From: Promethearchaeota archaeon
GTDB taxonomy: Archaea; Asgardarchaeota; Lokiarchaeia; Sigyniarchaeales; SOKP01
Length of the DNA: 64,000 nucleotides
NCBI GenBank assembly: GCA_016840085.1
Contig: JAEOTA010000088.1
Location: 32,001 to 96,000 of the forward strand
Direction: 5' to 3'
How positions within the stretch are numbered: position 1 is the stretch's first letter; every line of letters starts with the position of its first letter. Under the pieces are notes generated by a model that was not told the DNA's origin, made no database searches, and saw only the letters and a program-made list of their open reading frames with translations. Below, piece after piece: positions 18,613 to 28,857 of the stretch. The translations under genes and the position numbers were made by a program.

Positions 18613-18852
18613 AGTTATTATATTATAAAGCCTTACTAATTTCTTTTTCCAAATACTTCTAAAATTTTAAAGGTTAAGATCCTAATCATAATATTTAAAT
18701 AGTAATTTAATTACTGTAAAAAATGAAGAAATTAGTAATAATTATGTTAATAATATTTAAAGATTAAGACAAGAGATCATTGATCTTATCCATAACTATA
18801 ATATAAGAAGATTTTGTAATAAACACGTAAAAATTAATAATTTATTTAAAGA

Positions 18853-21800
18853 ATTAATAAAATTAAACAACAAAAGAGTGCATCTAAAATTACATCTAAA
18901 GAAGAAGGTAAGATAAAACAAGGCACAATCGCAGAATATATGCGAAAGAGAACTCAGCTTGTTGGTTTTGAGTTTGGATACTGGAAACATGTTCAATATT
19001 GCGCAGAATTTATAGACAATGCACTTGATGCTATTGAAAGCTTTCAGTGGAAGGAATTAAATAAATCTGATTCAAAAATAAAATTCTCCTTAGATCAAGA
19101 ATTATTTTTAGAGAAATTCTCTATTGTAGAAGAAGCAAAAGAAGAAAAAAAATCTCAACATTTAGATCCAGAGGCAAAACATACTTTAATGCATGAGTTA
19201 GGTATTGAAACTACTGACGTTGATAGTTCTACAGTTCAAAAATCAGAAGTAAAAGAAGAGGAATCTGGAGAAATTACTGATAAAGAAGAATTAGAAATAG
19301 AAGAGGAAGTAAAACGAATTATTGACGATATGCAAGAACTAATTAAATCAGTTGAATACATCCTTGATGTAGAACCAATTTGTATAGTTCGTATAAGAGA
19401 GTTTGAGGCCCCCTCGTTTCTGACATCTGAATTAAGTCAAAAAAATGTAATGAGTTTTACTTTCGAGATTTTTGATAATGGGACCGGAATGGCTAAGATA
19501 GATTTAAGAAAATTTGGAAGATACCTAGCTTCATCAAAATCCATAGAACTCAAACAAACACGTGGAAGTCAAGGATTTGGTGCTCCTAGCGCATTTAGTG
19601 ATGCTCAAAACACAACTGGTAGACCCATTATCACAGTTTCAAAAATTGCTGATAATGTGTATGCTACGGGAACTGAATTTTTCACAACATCTAAGAATGA
19701 AAAAAAGTATTTAATTCACCCCACTGATATAGACAGCCCTTTTCTTCATGGTACATATATCAAGCTAAATTATCTTAATGTAAAATACGTCAGAGGTTAT
19801 GTTGAAAAATACATTGAAGAAACCGCATTTATGAATCCTCATATAACCATTATTTATATTGATCCAGATGGTAAGGAAAAAATTTATCGAAGATTAGCTT
19901 CTTCTTTTCCAAAAGAACCAAAATACGCCAAACCACATCCTTCATCTGTTAATATTGGAGATTTGCAAGATTTAATAACCAAATCAGAAAATAAATCTAT
20001 TACTGCCTTCTTAAAAGAAAATTTTGTTAGAATTAGTTCCAGAACAGCCAAGGAGATTGTAGAATTGGCCGAAAGGGATCTTCAAGATAAATTAAACCTC
20101 TTAATTCTTGAGCAAGGTTATGTAACTAAAATTCAAAAAAAAGTTGATAATATTTATTTCCTAAGATTTGAAAAAAGAGTATTTGGTCGGTCAAATAAAC
20201 CAAGAGATAAATTAATTATATACGAAATTAAATCTGAAAATTTGAAAGAAGATGTTTGGAATTTAATGGATAATTATAATAAAATTGATAAGAACCAAGA
20301 AAAGATTAATAAAGAGATAAGAAAACATAATATTCGAATTGAAAAATCTGAAACCCTAAAAGAAATAAAAAGTATTGAAAAAGAAATAAAAATGTTATTA
20401 AAAAATATAGATAATATTAAAAAAGAAAAAGAAAAAATAAAACTTCAATTGAACAACCTTTTTGAAACTCAAAAAGATGGATTAATTGAATTAAAAAAGT
20501 TAAAAAATAGAAGTGATTTTGAAGATTTAGTCAATAATGTTCAAATTTCTAAAGCTAAACCTATCGACTTAACAAAAGAACAATTTAACTCTCTTTTTCT
20601 TGCTTTTAAATCTGTGAGATATCTAGCACCACCTACAGACACAGCTATTCCAGTAGGTGATTCTATTTTAGAGAATACTCTAATTAAAGAAATTGGATTG
20701 AAAATTTCGGAGAATTTAGATGATTTTGATTTACCAATAGATAATATAAACCAATCGACTGAAATATTACTAGAAGAAAAAAAAGAAATATTGATAAATG
20801 AAGATCCTAAGACTACTGAAGACACTATAAATAATATATCTGTCGATTCTGATGAAATCATTAATATAAGCTCTGAGATATTAGGAAGTATCGATATTGA
20901 AGAAGATAAAGTAGATGATGAACAATATAAACAATCTATTAATGACATTCTTACTTATTCAGATTTAGAACCTATTGATAGTTATACCAATGTATTTGAA
21001 TATTTTATTGAAAATTATACTAAAGATGATGATTTTGTAGCAGCAGAAACAAGAACTCCAACAAGCGGAAAAGGTTTGGCTTATGTTGTGGAAGCAGTAT
21101 TGGCCTATTCTAGAAATATTGAAATACCAAAACGTTCTAGGGATGTTTTATCAAGATTTGTAAATAGAACACCCAAACTTAGAGATAGTGCGGATTGTGC
21201 TATAACTAAAGCTGTTCAATCAGTAAATTGGAAAAATTATAATTTAGATACATATGATAATGGATTGCCAAAAGGACCAATAAAATTATTAGTAAATGTT
21301 TCTGGTCCTTTTGTACACTTAATGTTTAAATCTCAATCTAAAAATGCTTTAGCTGATGATGAAGATTTAATTAAAGAAATGAAATTTTGCCTTGAAGCAA
21401 TTGGAAGAAGGTTACGAGTTTATCTTAATAGAAAAGCAAGTCTTCGTAAAAGTGAGAAAAGAGCTAGTCTAATCGATCGATATATACCGATTTTCGTTGA
21501 AAGTGTTTATAATATAGCCACTCAGGGAAGTAGTATTTATAAAGCAAAAATAAATACTAAAGAATTAGAAGATTTAATGAGAGGAGCAATTAGTAAAAAA
21601 GCTGCTCCTAAAGTTGTGCAAGAAACCCAGCCTCTTAAACCAATAGGTATTGAGAAAGAGATAAAAAAGGAAGAAATTAAGATAGAAGAACCTAAGAAAA
21701 TTGATGTAATTAGTGAAGTAAAACCGCCACACGAAGAAATACCTATTAAAAAACCTAAACTAAAAATTTCCAAAAAAACTCTTCTGAATTGGACTGTAAA

Positions 21801-22233
21801 GGAACTTAGAGATTATTGTGCTGAACAGAAAATTACTGTTCTTTCTAAAGCTAAAAAAGTTGAAATTATAGAACAAATATTGAAATCATTTGATGAAGAA
21901 AGAGTTATAGAAAAAGTAATTGTCCCTGAGAAAGTAGTAGCAAAAATGCCACAGGTAAAACCTACTGTTGCTCAAGTACCTGTAAAATCAAAACCTAAAC
22001 CTAAAATTTCAAAACCAGAACCAACTCAAACAACATTACCAGTTATAACAACTGATAATATATTAGAAACGTTATCTAATGAATGGCAAACTATCAAACA
22101 TCTAATATTTAAATTAAAAATAAAAGATATGATGGATGCAAGATATCTTCAATTAAAACTCAAAGAATTAGAGCGTAAAGGACAAGTATTGGTTGAAATA
22201 AAAATGGGTAGAAAACATTGGAAGTTAAAATAA
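18853..22233 (+). CDS. top6B: DNA topoisomerase VI subunit B, expanded; true start probably upstream of the first ATG (18940)
   Basis: GHKL motifs EFIDNALDA, DNGTGM and RGSQGFG; KPHP; RFVNRTP. The frame is open from 18850 and encodes IKQGTIAEY before M18940. Confidence 0.9.
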   Translation: MNKIKQQKSASKITSKEEGKIKQGTIAEYMRKRTQLVGFEFGYWKHVQYCAEFIDNALDAIESFQWKELNKSDSKIKFSLDQELFLEKFSIVEEAKEEKKSQHLDPEAKHTLMHELGIETTDVDSSTVQKSEVKEEESGEITDKEELEIEEEVKRIIDDMQELIKSVEYILDVEPICIVRIREFEAPSFLTSELSQKNVMSFTFEIFDNGTGMAKIDLRKFGRYLASSKSIELKQTRGSQGFGAPSAFSDAQNTTGRPIITVSKIADNVYATGTEFFTTSKNEKKYLIHPTDIDSPFLHGTYIKLNYLNVKYVRGYVEKYIEETAFMNPHITIIYIDPDGKEKIYRRLASSFPKEPKYAKPHPSSVNIGDLQDLITKSENKSITAFLKENFVRISSRTAKEIVELAERDLQDKLNLLILEQGYVTKIQKKVDNIYFLRFEKRVFGRSNKPRDKLIIYEIKSENLKEDVWNLMDNYNKIDKNQEKINKEIRKHNIRIEKSETLKEIKSIEKEIKMLLKNIDNIKKEKEKIKLQLNNLFETQKDGLIELKKLKNRSDFEDLVNNVQISKAKPIDLTKEQFNSLFLAFKSVRYLAPPTDTAIPVGDSILENTLIKEIGLKISENLDDFDLPIDNINQSTEILLEEKKEILINEDPKTTEDTINNISVDSDEIINISSEILGSIDIEEDKVDDEQYKQSINDILTYSDLEPIDSYTNVFEYFIENYTKDDDFVAAETRTPTSGKGLAYVVEAVLAYSRNIEIPKRSRDVLSRFVNRTPKLRDSADCAITKAVQSVNWKNYNLDTYDNGLPKGPIKLLVNVSGPFVHLMFKSQSKNALADDEDLIKEMKFCLEAIGRRLRVYLNRKASLRKSEKRASLIDRYIPIFVESVYNIATQGSSIYKAKINTKELEDLMRGAISKKAAPKVVQETQPLKPIGIEKEIKKEEIKIEEPKKIDVISEVKPPHEEIPIKKPKLKISKKTLLNWTVKELRDYCAEQKITVLSKAKKVEIIEQILKSFDEERVIEKVIVPEKVVAKMPQVKPTVAQVPVKSKPKPKISKPEPTQTTLPVITTDNILETLSNEWQTIKHLIFKLKIKDMMDARYLQLKLKELERKGQVLVEIKMGRKHWKLK

Positions 22234-22249
22234 AATTGGTGAAGATATT

Positions 22250-23437
22250 ATGGCTAAAAAAGGAAAAAGTAAAGAATGGGATTTAAAAGCTGCTAAAAAG
22301 TTATTTTTTGATTATTTAGAGAAAGGGAATGAAAATAAACCTTTTGAACTCCCTCTTGATACCGTTAAAATAGATGATCTTAAAAGAAAAGAAGCTCTTG
22401 AAAGATTATATTTATTAATTGATGACGTTTTAAAGAAAATCTATGAAACAGGTCGTCCATCAATTAAACTTCCTTCTAGAACGAGTTCAAATATTATTTG
22501 GGATGAAGAAAATGATTTATTACTTCTTGGTCAGCAAATCATGGAAAAACAATTTCATTCACTAACAAGTGTAGCAGATATTACTCGGTTAATGAAAGTT
22601 TTAGAGAAGGTTAATGAGCTATTAATAAAAGATTTACATGCAACCAAAAGAGAGATTTTTTATTCAGATGTTAAATTATTCCAAGATCAAAAAAATAGTG
22701 ATAAAAGCATTGAAGACGTTGCTACTATGCTTTATACAACTAGAAATGCTACTCACATTGTAGCTTCTGCTAAAGGTTCATGTATTGGCAGACTAAGAAT
22801 TAGAGATAAAAATGATATAATTGATTTGGAAGGATTGGGTAGTGGAGGGTGGACAATAAGTCCAATGCTCGATAATATTGAAATAATTGAATCAGATGCA
22901 GAATTCATAATAGTCGTCGAGAAAGATGCGGCTATGATAAGATTATCAGAAGCCCGTTTTTGGCGAGAATTTCCTTGCATTATCTTAACAGCAAAGGGTG
23001 CTGCTGATATAGCAACCAGAATGTTTTTAAGAAAACTAAGCAAAGACTTAAATCTCCCAGTTTTTAGTTTAGTTGATAGTGATCCATATGGACATTATAT
23101 ACATTCAGTCTATTTAAGAGGATCAAAACGTTTAAGTTATGAATCTCCATTTTTAGCTACACCAGATATAAAATTATTAGGCGTTTTAACCAGAGATTTA
23201 GATAAATATAAAATTCCGAATGATTGTAGGCTTTCAATGAATAAAATGGATATTAAAAGGACAAAAGAACTCCTTAAGGAAGATTTCGTTAAAAAAAATA
23301 AACAATGGGAGCAAGATCTCAAATTAGCGCTTGATTTAAAAGTCAAAGCAGAAATTCAAGCGTTATCATCACATGGATTTGAATTCTTAACTGATGAATA
23401 TTTACCAGAAAAACTAACTACAGGAGATTGGATATGA
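22250..23437 (+). CDS. top6A: DNA topoisomerase VI subunit A (Spo11 homolog)
   Basis: TKREIFY (catalytic Tyr), VEKDA, TOPRIM DSDPYG, KAEIQAL. Confidence 0.96.
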   Translation: MAKKGKSKEWDLKAAKKLFFDYLEKGNENKPFELPLDTVKIDDLKRKEALERLYLLIDDVLKKIYETGRPSIKLPSRTSSNIIWDEENDLLLLGQQIMEKQFHSLTSVADITRLMKVLEKVNELLIKDLHATKREIFYSDVKLFQDQKNSDKSIEDVATMLYTTRNATHIVASAKGSCIGRLRIRDKNDIIDLEGLGSGGWTISPMLDNIEIIESDAEFIIVVEKDAAMIRLSEARFWREFPCIILTAKGAADIATRMFLRKLSKDLNLPVFSLVDSDPYGHYIHSVYLRGSKRLSYESPFLATPDIKLLGVLTRDLDKYKIPNDCRLSMNKMDIKRTKELLKEDFVKKNKQWEQDLKLALDLKVKAEIQALSSHGFEFLTDEYLPEKLTTGDWI

Positions 23438-23952
23438 GAATTTTTCTTAAAAAAGAAGGTGGCGCTGTCCAATTAATTGATAAAGAAAAAATGCAAGAGT
23501 GGCCCGTTGAACTTCCGTTAATATTTATTGAATATATTCGAAATAACCAATTAAAAAACTATGATGATACTAAAGTACGAGCAGAAGTAGAGAAATATCT
23601 TGATGAAATTCTAGAAGATGTTGCAATACCTAGATTGATAAATGTTTTAGAAGGAGATGACATGGAAGAAATTGTTTTAGCACTAACTCGGATTGAAGAA
23701 ATTTCAAAAAAGAAAATTGAAATGGTTAAACCAATTAAACCCTATCTAGAAAAATTATCAGAGATGAAAAATACTACAATTCTTAAGTTAACACAAGAGA
23801 TTTCAAATAATTTTCAGAAAGCAGAGAGAAGAAAAGAGCTAGCAAAAAAAAGGAAAATAATGCGGGAGAAAGAACAATTATTCTTAGAAGGAAAAATTAA
23901 TGGACAAGAATATGCAAATGCTAGAAAGGAATATTTAACATTGAAAGATTAA
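23434..23952 (+). CDS. Hypothetical helical protein with a SHOCT-like C-terminus
   Basis: ATG overlaps the top6A stop (ATGA); ends LFLEGKINGQEYANARKEYL. Confidence 0.7.
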   Translation: MRIFLKKEGGAVQLIDKEKMQEWPVELPLIFIEYIRNNQLKNYDDTKVRAEVEKYLDEILEDVAIPRLINVLEGDDMEEIVLALTRIEEISKKKIEMVKPIKPYLEKLSEMKNTTILKLTQEISNNFQKAERRKELAKKRKIMREKEQLFLEGKINGQEYANARKEYLTLKD

Positions 23953-23963
23953 TTTTAATTCAT

Positions 23964-24644
23964 ATGAAGTGGGAAAAAGAAAAAATAAACTTTAATAATT
24001 TTATTATTGAAAACAATGTAATTGGTTTGTTTAAAGAACCAATAGTATTAAAATCTGGTAGACTATCCTACTGGTATGTTAATTGGAGAAATATAGCTGC
24101 TGATGTTTATTTACTTGATAAATTAACTGATTATCTCCTTTCCTATATTGATTTTTTGAATCTTAAACCTAATTGTTTTTATGGCGTACCAGAGGGAGCA
24201 AGTAAATTAGGAATTATAACTCAATTTAAGTGGGCAAAAAGGCACAAAAATTATAGTGTTGGAGTTTTTACTTTATCAATGGGGAGAGGGCTTCAAAAAG
24301 AACATGGGGACCCAAAAGATAGATTTTTTTTAGGAACCCCAGATGGTAAGGTTATTATTCTGGAAGATACGGTAACAACTGGTGATTCGCTAGTTGGAAC
24401 TATTAAAGAATTGAAGAAAATTGGTATAAACTCTATCGCTGCTATTGTATTGACTGATAGAAACGAGTTACGAGATGATGGCAAGAGCGTAGAAGAAGTT
24501 ATCCTAGAACAAGGAGTTAAATATTATGCGATGAGTAATGCTATAGAATTACTGCCAAATCTTAAACTAGATAAAGAAATTGCGAAAAAAATAGAAGAGT
24601 ACTTTGAAAAATATGGCTCTAAAGAGATTAGACTAACTAATTAA
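23964..24644 (+). CDS. pyrE: Orotate phosphoribosyltransferase
   Basis: LKSGRLS, KEHG loop, and PRPP-binding ILEDTVTTGDS. Confidence 0.88.
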   Translation: MKWEKEKINFNNFIIENNVIGLFKEPIVLKSGRLSYWYVNWRNIAADVYLLDKLTDYLLSYIDFLNLKPNCFYGVPEGASKLGIITQFKWAKRHKNYSVGVFTLSMGRGLQKEHGDPKDRFFLGTPDGKVIILEDTVTTGDSLVGTIKELKKIGINSIAAIVLTDRNELRDDGKSVEEVILEQGVKYYAMSNAIELLPNLKLDKEIAKKIEEYFEKYGSKEIRLTN

Positions 24645-24668
24645 ATATAAGAGAAACAAACTAATCGA

Positions 24669-25241
24669 TTATTCATTTGTTAAAAAAAAATCTCGCCAGG
24701 TTTTTATTAAATTATAAATATATTTGTAAATTAATTTTTCTGAAATTGTTAATTTTCTCTCATCCTCTAATGATAATTCTGCTTTGGCTAATTTTAATAA
24801 TTTAAGTAATCTACTATCAACAATACTTGCTGTGTATGAAATAAATCTATCAAAATCAATTATAGGTTTTTTTTTGAGTTTTATATCATTTTCCATGAAT
24901 ACTTTAAATTCTTTAATTTTAGTCAAGAAATAATTGTTATCTCTTCTAATTAGTTTCTGATCTTCCTTTTCTCTTATAGCATATCTTTGAACATCAACAT
25001 TGTCACATTTATCGGACTCATCTACTTTTAAAACCTCATTTTCAATAAAAGGAATAGCAGAATACACTTTTACTTTATATTTTTTTCCTTTTTCAAAAGG
25101 ACCAAAAGATTCCCCTAATAATGTAAACCCATTATGACTTTTTATACATTCCGTAGTAATCTTTTCATTTCTAAACATAAAATTAATTCTATTGAGGGAA
25201 GTAGCTAATTGTTCTTCAAGCTTTTCCAACGATTCTCTCAC
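24669..25241 (-). CDS. GINS complex subunit (Gins23/Psf2-like)
   Basis: N-terminal B domain GPFEKGK..V, RL.KL.KLA and KLT.SE..IY...TWR motifs; close to mcm. Confidence 0.75.
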   Translation of the reverse strand: MRESLEKLEEQLATSLNRINFMFRNEKITTECIKSHNGFTLLGESFGPFEKGKKYKVKVYSAIPFIENEVLKVDESDKCDNVDVQRYAIREKEDQKLIRRDNNYFLTKIKEFKVFMENDIKLKKKPIIDFDRFISYTASIVDSRLLKLLKLAKAELSLEDERKLTISEKLIYKYIYNLIKTWRDFFLTNE

Positions 25242-25336
25242 CAGATTTAATAAATTAAAAAATCTTTATATATTATACAGAAGTGTTTCAAGAGAATTAA
25301 ATATAATATTAAATTATTAATATTCTACCAATTTTA

Positions 25337-28300
25337 GTGGTAATTTTGATTGTAGAAATAATCTTACTTATACTATTTATAGTATTTTTTGTATTTGGCT
25401 TTTATATAATTTACAGACAAGTTTCACTAGTTAAAAAAGGGGAATTCAATAATAAAGATCGTTTTCAATGTGTACTTTACGGAATTATTTTTAGTATGGC
25501 AGTTTTGGTTGTAATAACTGTAGGCTTTATATTTACCGTTAAAACACCTGAATTTTGGGAAACAACACCCCCAGAAGTACATCCATTAGCATTAATTATA
25601 CCATTTACCTTCTGTCTGATTTATATTTCACTATACCCAATTATTGATTTTCTTAATATTGCCTTAAGTAAAGAATCAGATGAGGGTTTAACACCATTTC
25701 ATAAATTTATCAGTGAAAAGATAATCAATAGATTTAAGAAAAAATTTATTGCTATCATTTTTGCTATAGTTTTTTATGCTTTAGCGTTTTTTGCAGCCCC
25801 TCTTTTGTTAGCATTACTTGGGTTACCCTTCATAATTGGATGGTTGACTTTTATGCTTATTTACCCCTTATTGATATTAACATACTACGGTTCAAAAGGA
25901 TATATTGCAGGGATTTCAAATGTTTATTATCATATTCCCGATATAAAAAGATCTATTTTTCTTAATTTCGAAGATAATAAAAGAGGAATGAAACAATTCG
26001 CATCTAACCCTGGACCATATATTGTTTTTGGATTAATGTTATTCGTTTTTGTATGGGCTTGGATTTCTTTAATCCAAACAATTGCTTTCTTCTTTACAAG
26101 ATCTTTAGCTATTTCGACAATGTCTTCCATTTTTGTATTTGTAACCCTTTTTTTTGGAATAATGGGATATTTCACCCGTTTTTGGGGAAGAAAAATAAAA
26201 TATCGAGGAATAGATATTTATTTTGCTGCTTATCTTATGGCAGCGATAGGGATTAATGTTTTAGTTAATTTTTTAATAGTTAATCCAAATAAATTATTTT
26301 ATACTTTTAACTTATGGAATTTAACTAATCCAATAGTTCCAAATTATTATATATTAGCCTGGGCAGCAGTTATTGAAGAAATAGTACTAGTTATTTTCAC
26401 ATCTTATTACTTTTTAGCTAAAAATAATGAATTTATAAGAAATATTCGTTATTCAAATATTACAAAAAGCGGTCAAACTTTTGATCCAATCCCCTTATTT
26501 AATTTTATCAAAAATCAAGATCGTGAAATAAGAAAGCATGCAGAAGAAACTCTAATTTTAATGTTTGAAAGAATTCCTCTTAAATCAGAGATAAATCTAA
26601 ATGAATGGAAATTTAAATACTTACTATTTGATGGAATATGTGATTCTGATCCAAATTCAAGAAGAATTTGTTACAAAATTTTGACTCAATTAGAGAAAGA
26701 TGTTCCAGATATTATATTACCCTGGATAATTGAAGCTTTGAAATCTCCAAATTATGACAAAACTATCCCAATTTTAAGATCTTTATTAAAAATAGATATA
26801 AATCTTTTAGAAAAAATACCAAGGGATTTGATTCTTAGTCTTATTGAAGATACCGAATGGAGAACACGAATATTGGGATTGAAAGTATTAACTCGATTAT
26901 TTGATAAAAATAAAGATTTAATTGCACATCTAAATATAAAAAAGTTAATAAATGACCCTAATAGTAAAATTCAAGTAGAAATTCTTAAAATAGTTGCTAA
27001 TTCTTCTTTTATACTTCCTATTGAAATTATAATTGATAAAATTAATCATACAAATAAGGAAATTAGCTCAATAGCTATTAAGAGTTTAACAAATCTTGAA
27101 GCAAAAGAATTTGACCCTAAGTTAATTCCACGGATCGTTCCATTAATGAAAGATCCTTCTAGTTTAATTAGATCATCTATATTTAGTGTATTTGCTAAAA
27201 TTGGAAATTTTAAGAAATATAAAATTCCAATTTTACCCTTTTTAGAAGGATTGACTGATTCTAATGAAAATGTTAGAAATTCTGCAATATTAGCACTCGA
27301 AAAATATCATACAGAACAACCCTCTTCTTTAGATCTGGATTCACTAATAAATAAAATAGTTCCAGATAATTTTGATCAATTGAATAGTATTATAATTTTA
27401 CTTGGTAAACTATGGGAATTCAATCCTGAAAAAATAGTAACAACAATCTTAACTTACATAAAATTCGAGAATGAAAAGTTGCAAGAAGAAATTTCTAAAA
27501 TTTTGATTGAAAACTATCATAAAAACCCTGATTTAATAATTCAAAATTTAATTAAAATCCCTGATGTTTCCAAGTTTATTACAAAAGGTATAATTTCAAG
27601 AACAATAATTAAAATTGGTAAAAGATATCCTAATAAAGTCATTCAAAAATTATTATATTACTTAGAAAATGAAAATGACGACATAAGATTAAATGCAATT
27701 ATATCATTAGAAGGTTTAACTGATGAATTCTCTACGATTATCAGAATTAAACCAATAATCGCATTATTACATAGGGATAAAAATAATCAGATAAAGAAAG
27801 AAACATCAAAGCTTATATCAGAAATAGCTAAAAATGATCCTTCTTTGATGAAACCATTTATCTCCGAGTTTATTCAAGCATTAAATGAACAAGAATTATC
27901 AGTAAGGATCGTTCTCTCTAAATCATTATTGGATATGGCAAAAGTGTCTCCAGAAATTATTCCTGTTCATAATATCATTAACTTTCTTTCAGACTCAGAT
28001 TCTTTCATTCGTGAAACAAACACAAAAATTCTAGGACTTATTGGTTATAAACTTCCATTAGTAGTTGCAGAGGCTTTGATAAATAATGCTTTAATCGATG
28101 AAGAATGGATTGTAAGAGAAGCAGCTATTTCAAGTCTAGGAAATATGATTGATCATGTTGAAAAAAAGGAGCAAATCATTGAGAAACTTGTTCCTTTACT
28201 TAAAGATGAGCAAAATTGGGTTCGTAGAACAGCAATGAATATTTTATCAAACATTAAGGAAGTCAATGAAAATCAAATACCATTTGAAATCATACTACAA

Positions 28301-28684
28301 AATTTATCAAGTGAGGACTCTAAAGTTAGAGAAGCAGCAGCAAACTTAATTAAAGTTTATTGGAATCAAGTTAATAAAATATTTGATAATCTAATTATAT
28401 TATTAGATGACTCATCTAAAGAAGTGAGGTCAAGTATAATCAATAGTTTTGTAGAAATTATTCAAAAAATAGGGCTTAATCAAATATTATCAAATCTTTT
28501 ACGAAATCTTAGTGATGAAGGCTCCTTAGAAACTCAACGTTCAATAGCAATAATTCTTGGAAGAACTGTTAAATATGAAGATGAAAAAATCAAGAAAAGA
28601 GTAATATCTCTATTAAAAATAAGATGTGAAATGAGTCAAGATCCAATAATTTGTGCTATTCTACAACAATTAAAAGAAAATTGA
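25337..28684 (+). CDS. Polytopic membrane protein with a long cytoplasmic HEAT-repeat array
   Basis: About 8-9 hydrophobic segments in the first 360 aa, then repeated L.D....VR..A HEAT units. Confidence 0.85.
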   Translation: MVILIVEIILLILFIVFFVFGFYIIYRQVSLVKKGEFNNKDRFQCVLYGIIFSMAVLVVITVGFIFTVKTPEFWETTPPEVHPLALIIPFTFCLIYISLYPIIDFLNIALSKESDEGLTPFHKFISEKIINRFKKKFIAIIFAIVFYALAFFAAPLLLALLGLPFIIGWLTFMLIYPLLILTYYGSKGYIAGISNVYYHIPDIKRSIFLNFEDNKRGMKQFASNPGPYIVFGLMLFVFVWAWISLIQTIAFFFTRSLAISTMSSIFVFVTLFFGIMGYFTRFWGRKIKYRGIDIYFAAYLMAAIGINVLVNFLIVNPNKLFYTFNLWNLTNPIVPNYYILAWAAVIEEIVLVIFTSYYFLAKNNEFIRNIRYSNITKSGQTFDPIPLFNFIKNQDREIRKHAEETLILMFERIPLKSEINLNEWKFKYLLFDGICDSDPNSRRICYKILTQLEKDVPDIILPWIIEALKSPNYDKTIPILRSLLKIDINLLEKIPRDLILSLIEDTEWRTRILGLKVLTRLFDKNKDLIAHLNIKKLINDPNSKIQVEILKIVANSSFILPIEIIIDKINHTNKEISSIAIKSLTNLEAKEFDPKLIPRIVPLMKDPSSLIRSSIFSVFAKIGNFKKYKIPILPFLEGLTDSNENVRNSAILALEKYHTEQPSSLDLDSLINKIVPDNFDQLNSIIILLGKLWEFNPEKIVTTILTYIKFENEKLQEEISKILIENYHKNPDLIIQNLIKIPDVSKFITKGIISRTIIKIGKRYPNKVIQKLLYYLENENDDIRLNAIISLEGLTDEFSTIIRIKPIIALLHRDKNNQIKKETSKLISEIAKNDPSLMKPFISEFIQALNEQELSVRIVLSKSLLDMAKVSPEIIPVHNIINFLSDSDSFIRETNTKILGLIGYKLPLVVAEALINNALIDEEWIVREAAISSLGNMIDHVEKKEQIIEKLVPLLKDEQNWVRRTAMNILSNIKEVNENQIPFEIILQNLSSEDSKVREAAANLIKVYWNQVNKIFDNLIILLDDSSKEVRSSIINSFVEIIQKIGLNQILSNLLRNLSDEGSLETQRSIAIILGRTVKYEDEKIKKRVISLLKIRCEMSQDPIICAILQQLKEN

Positions 28685-28857
28685 GATCAGATTTAATTCA
28701 AACAACTAGAAAAACTACAAATCAATAAATCCTCCATCAGTCTTTTGGTTTATATTGTTGTTTATTTACTCTTTAATAAAATTATGTGATTAATACTAAG
28801 GATTATAAAATTATCAAAATTAATTTAAGCATATTGAAAAAATTGATGTGATTTTTA

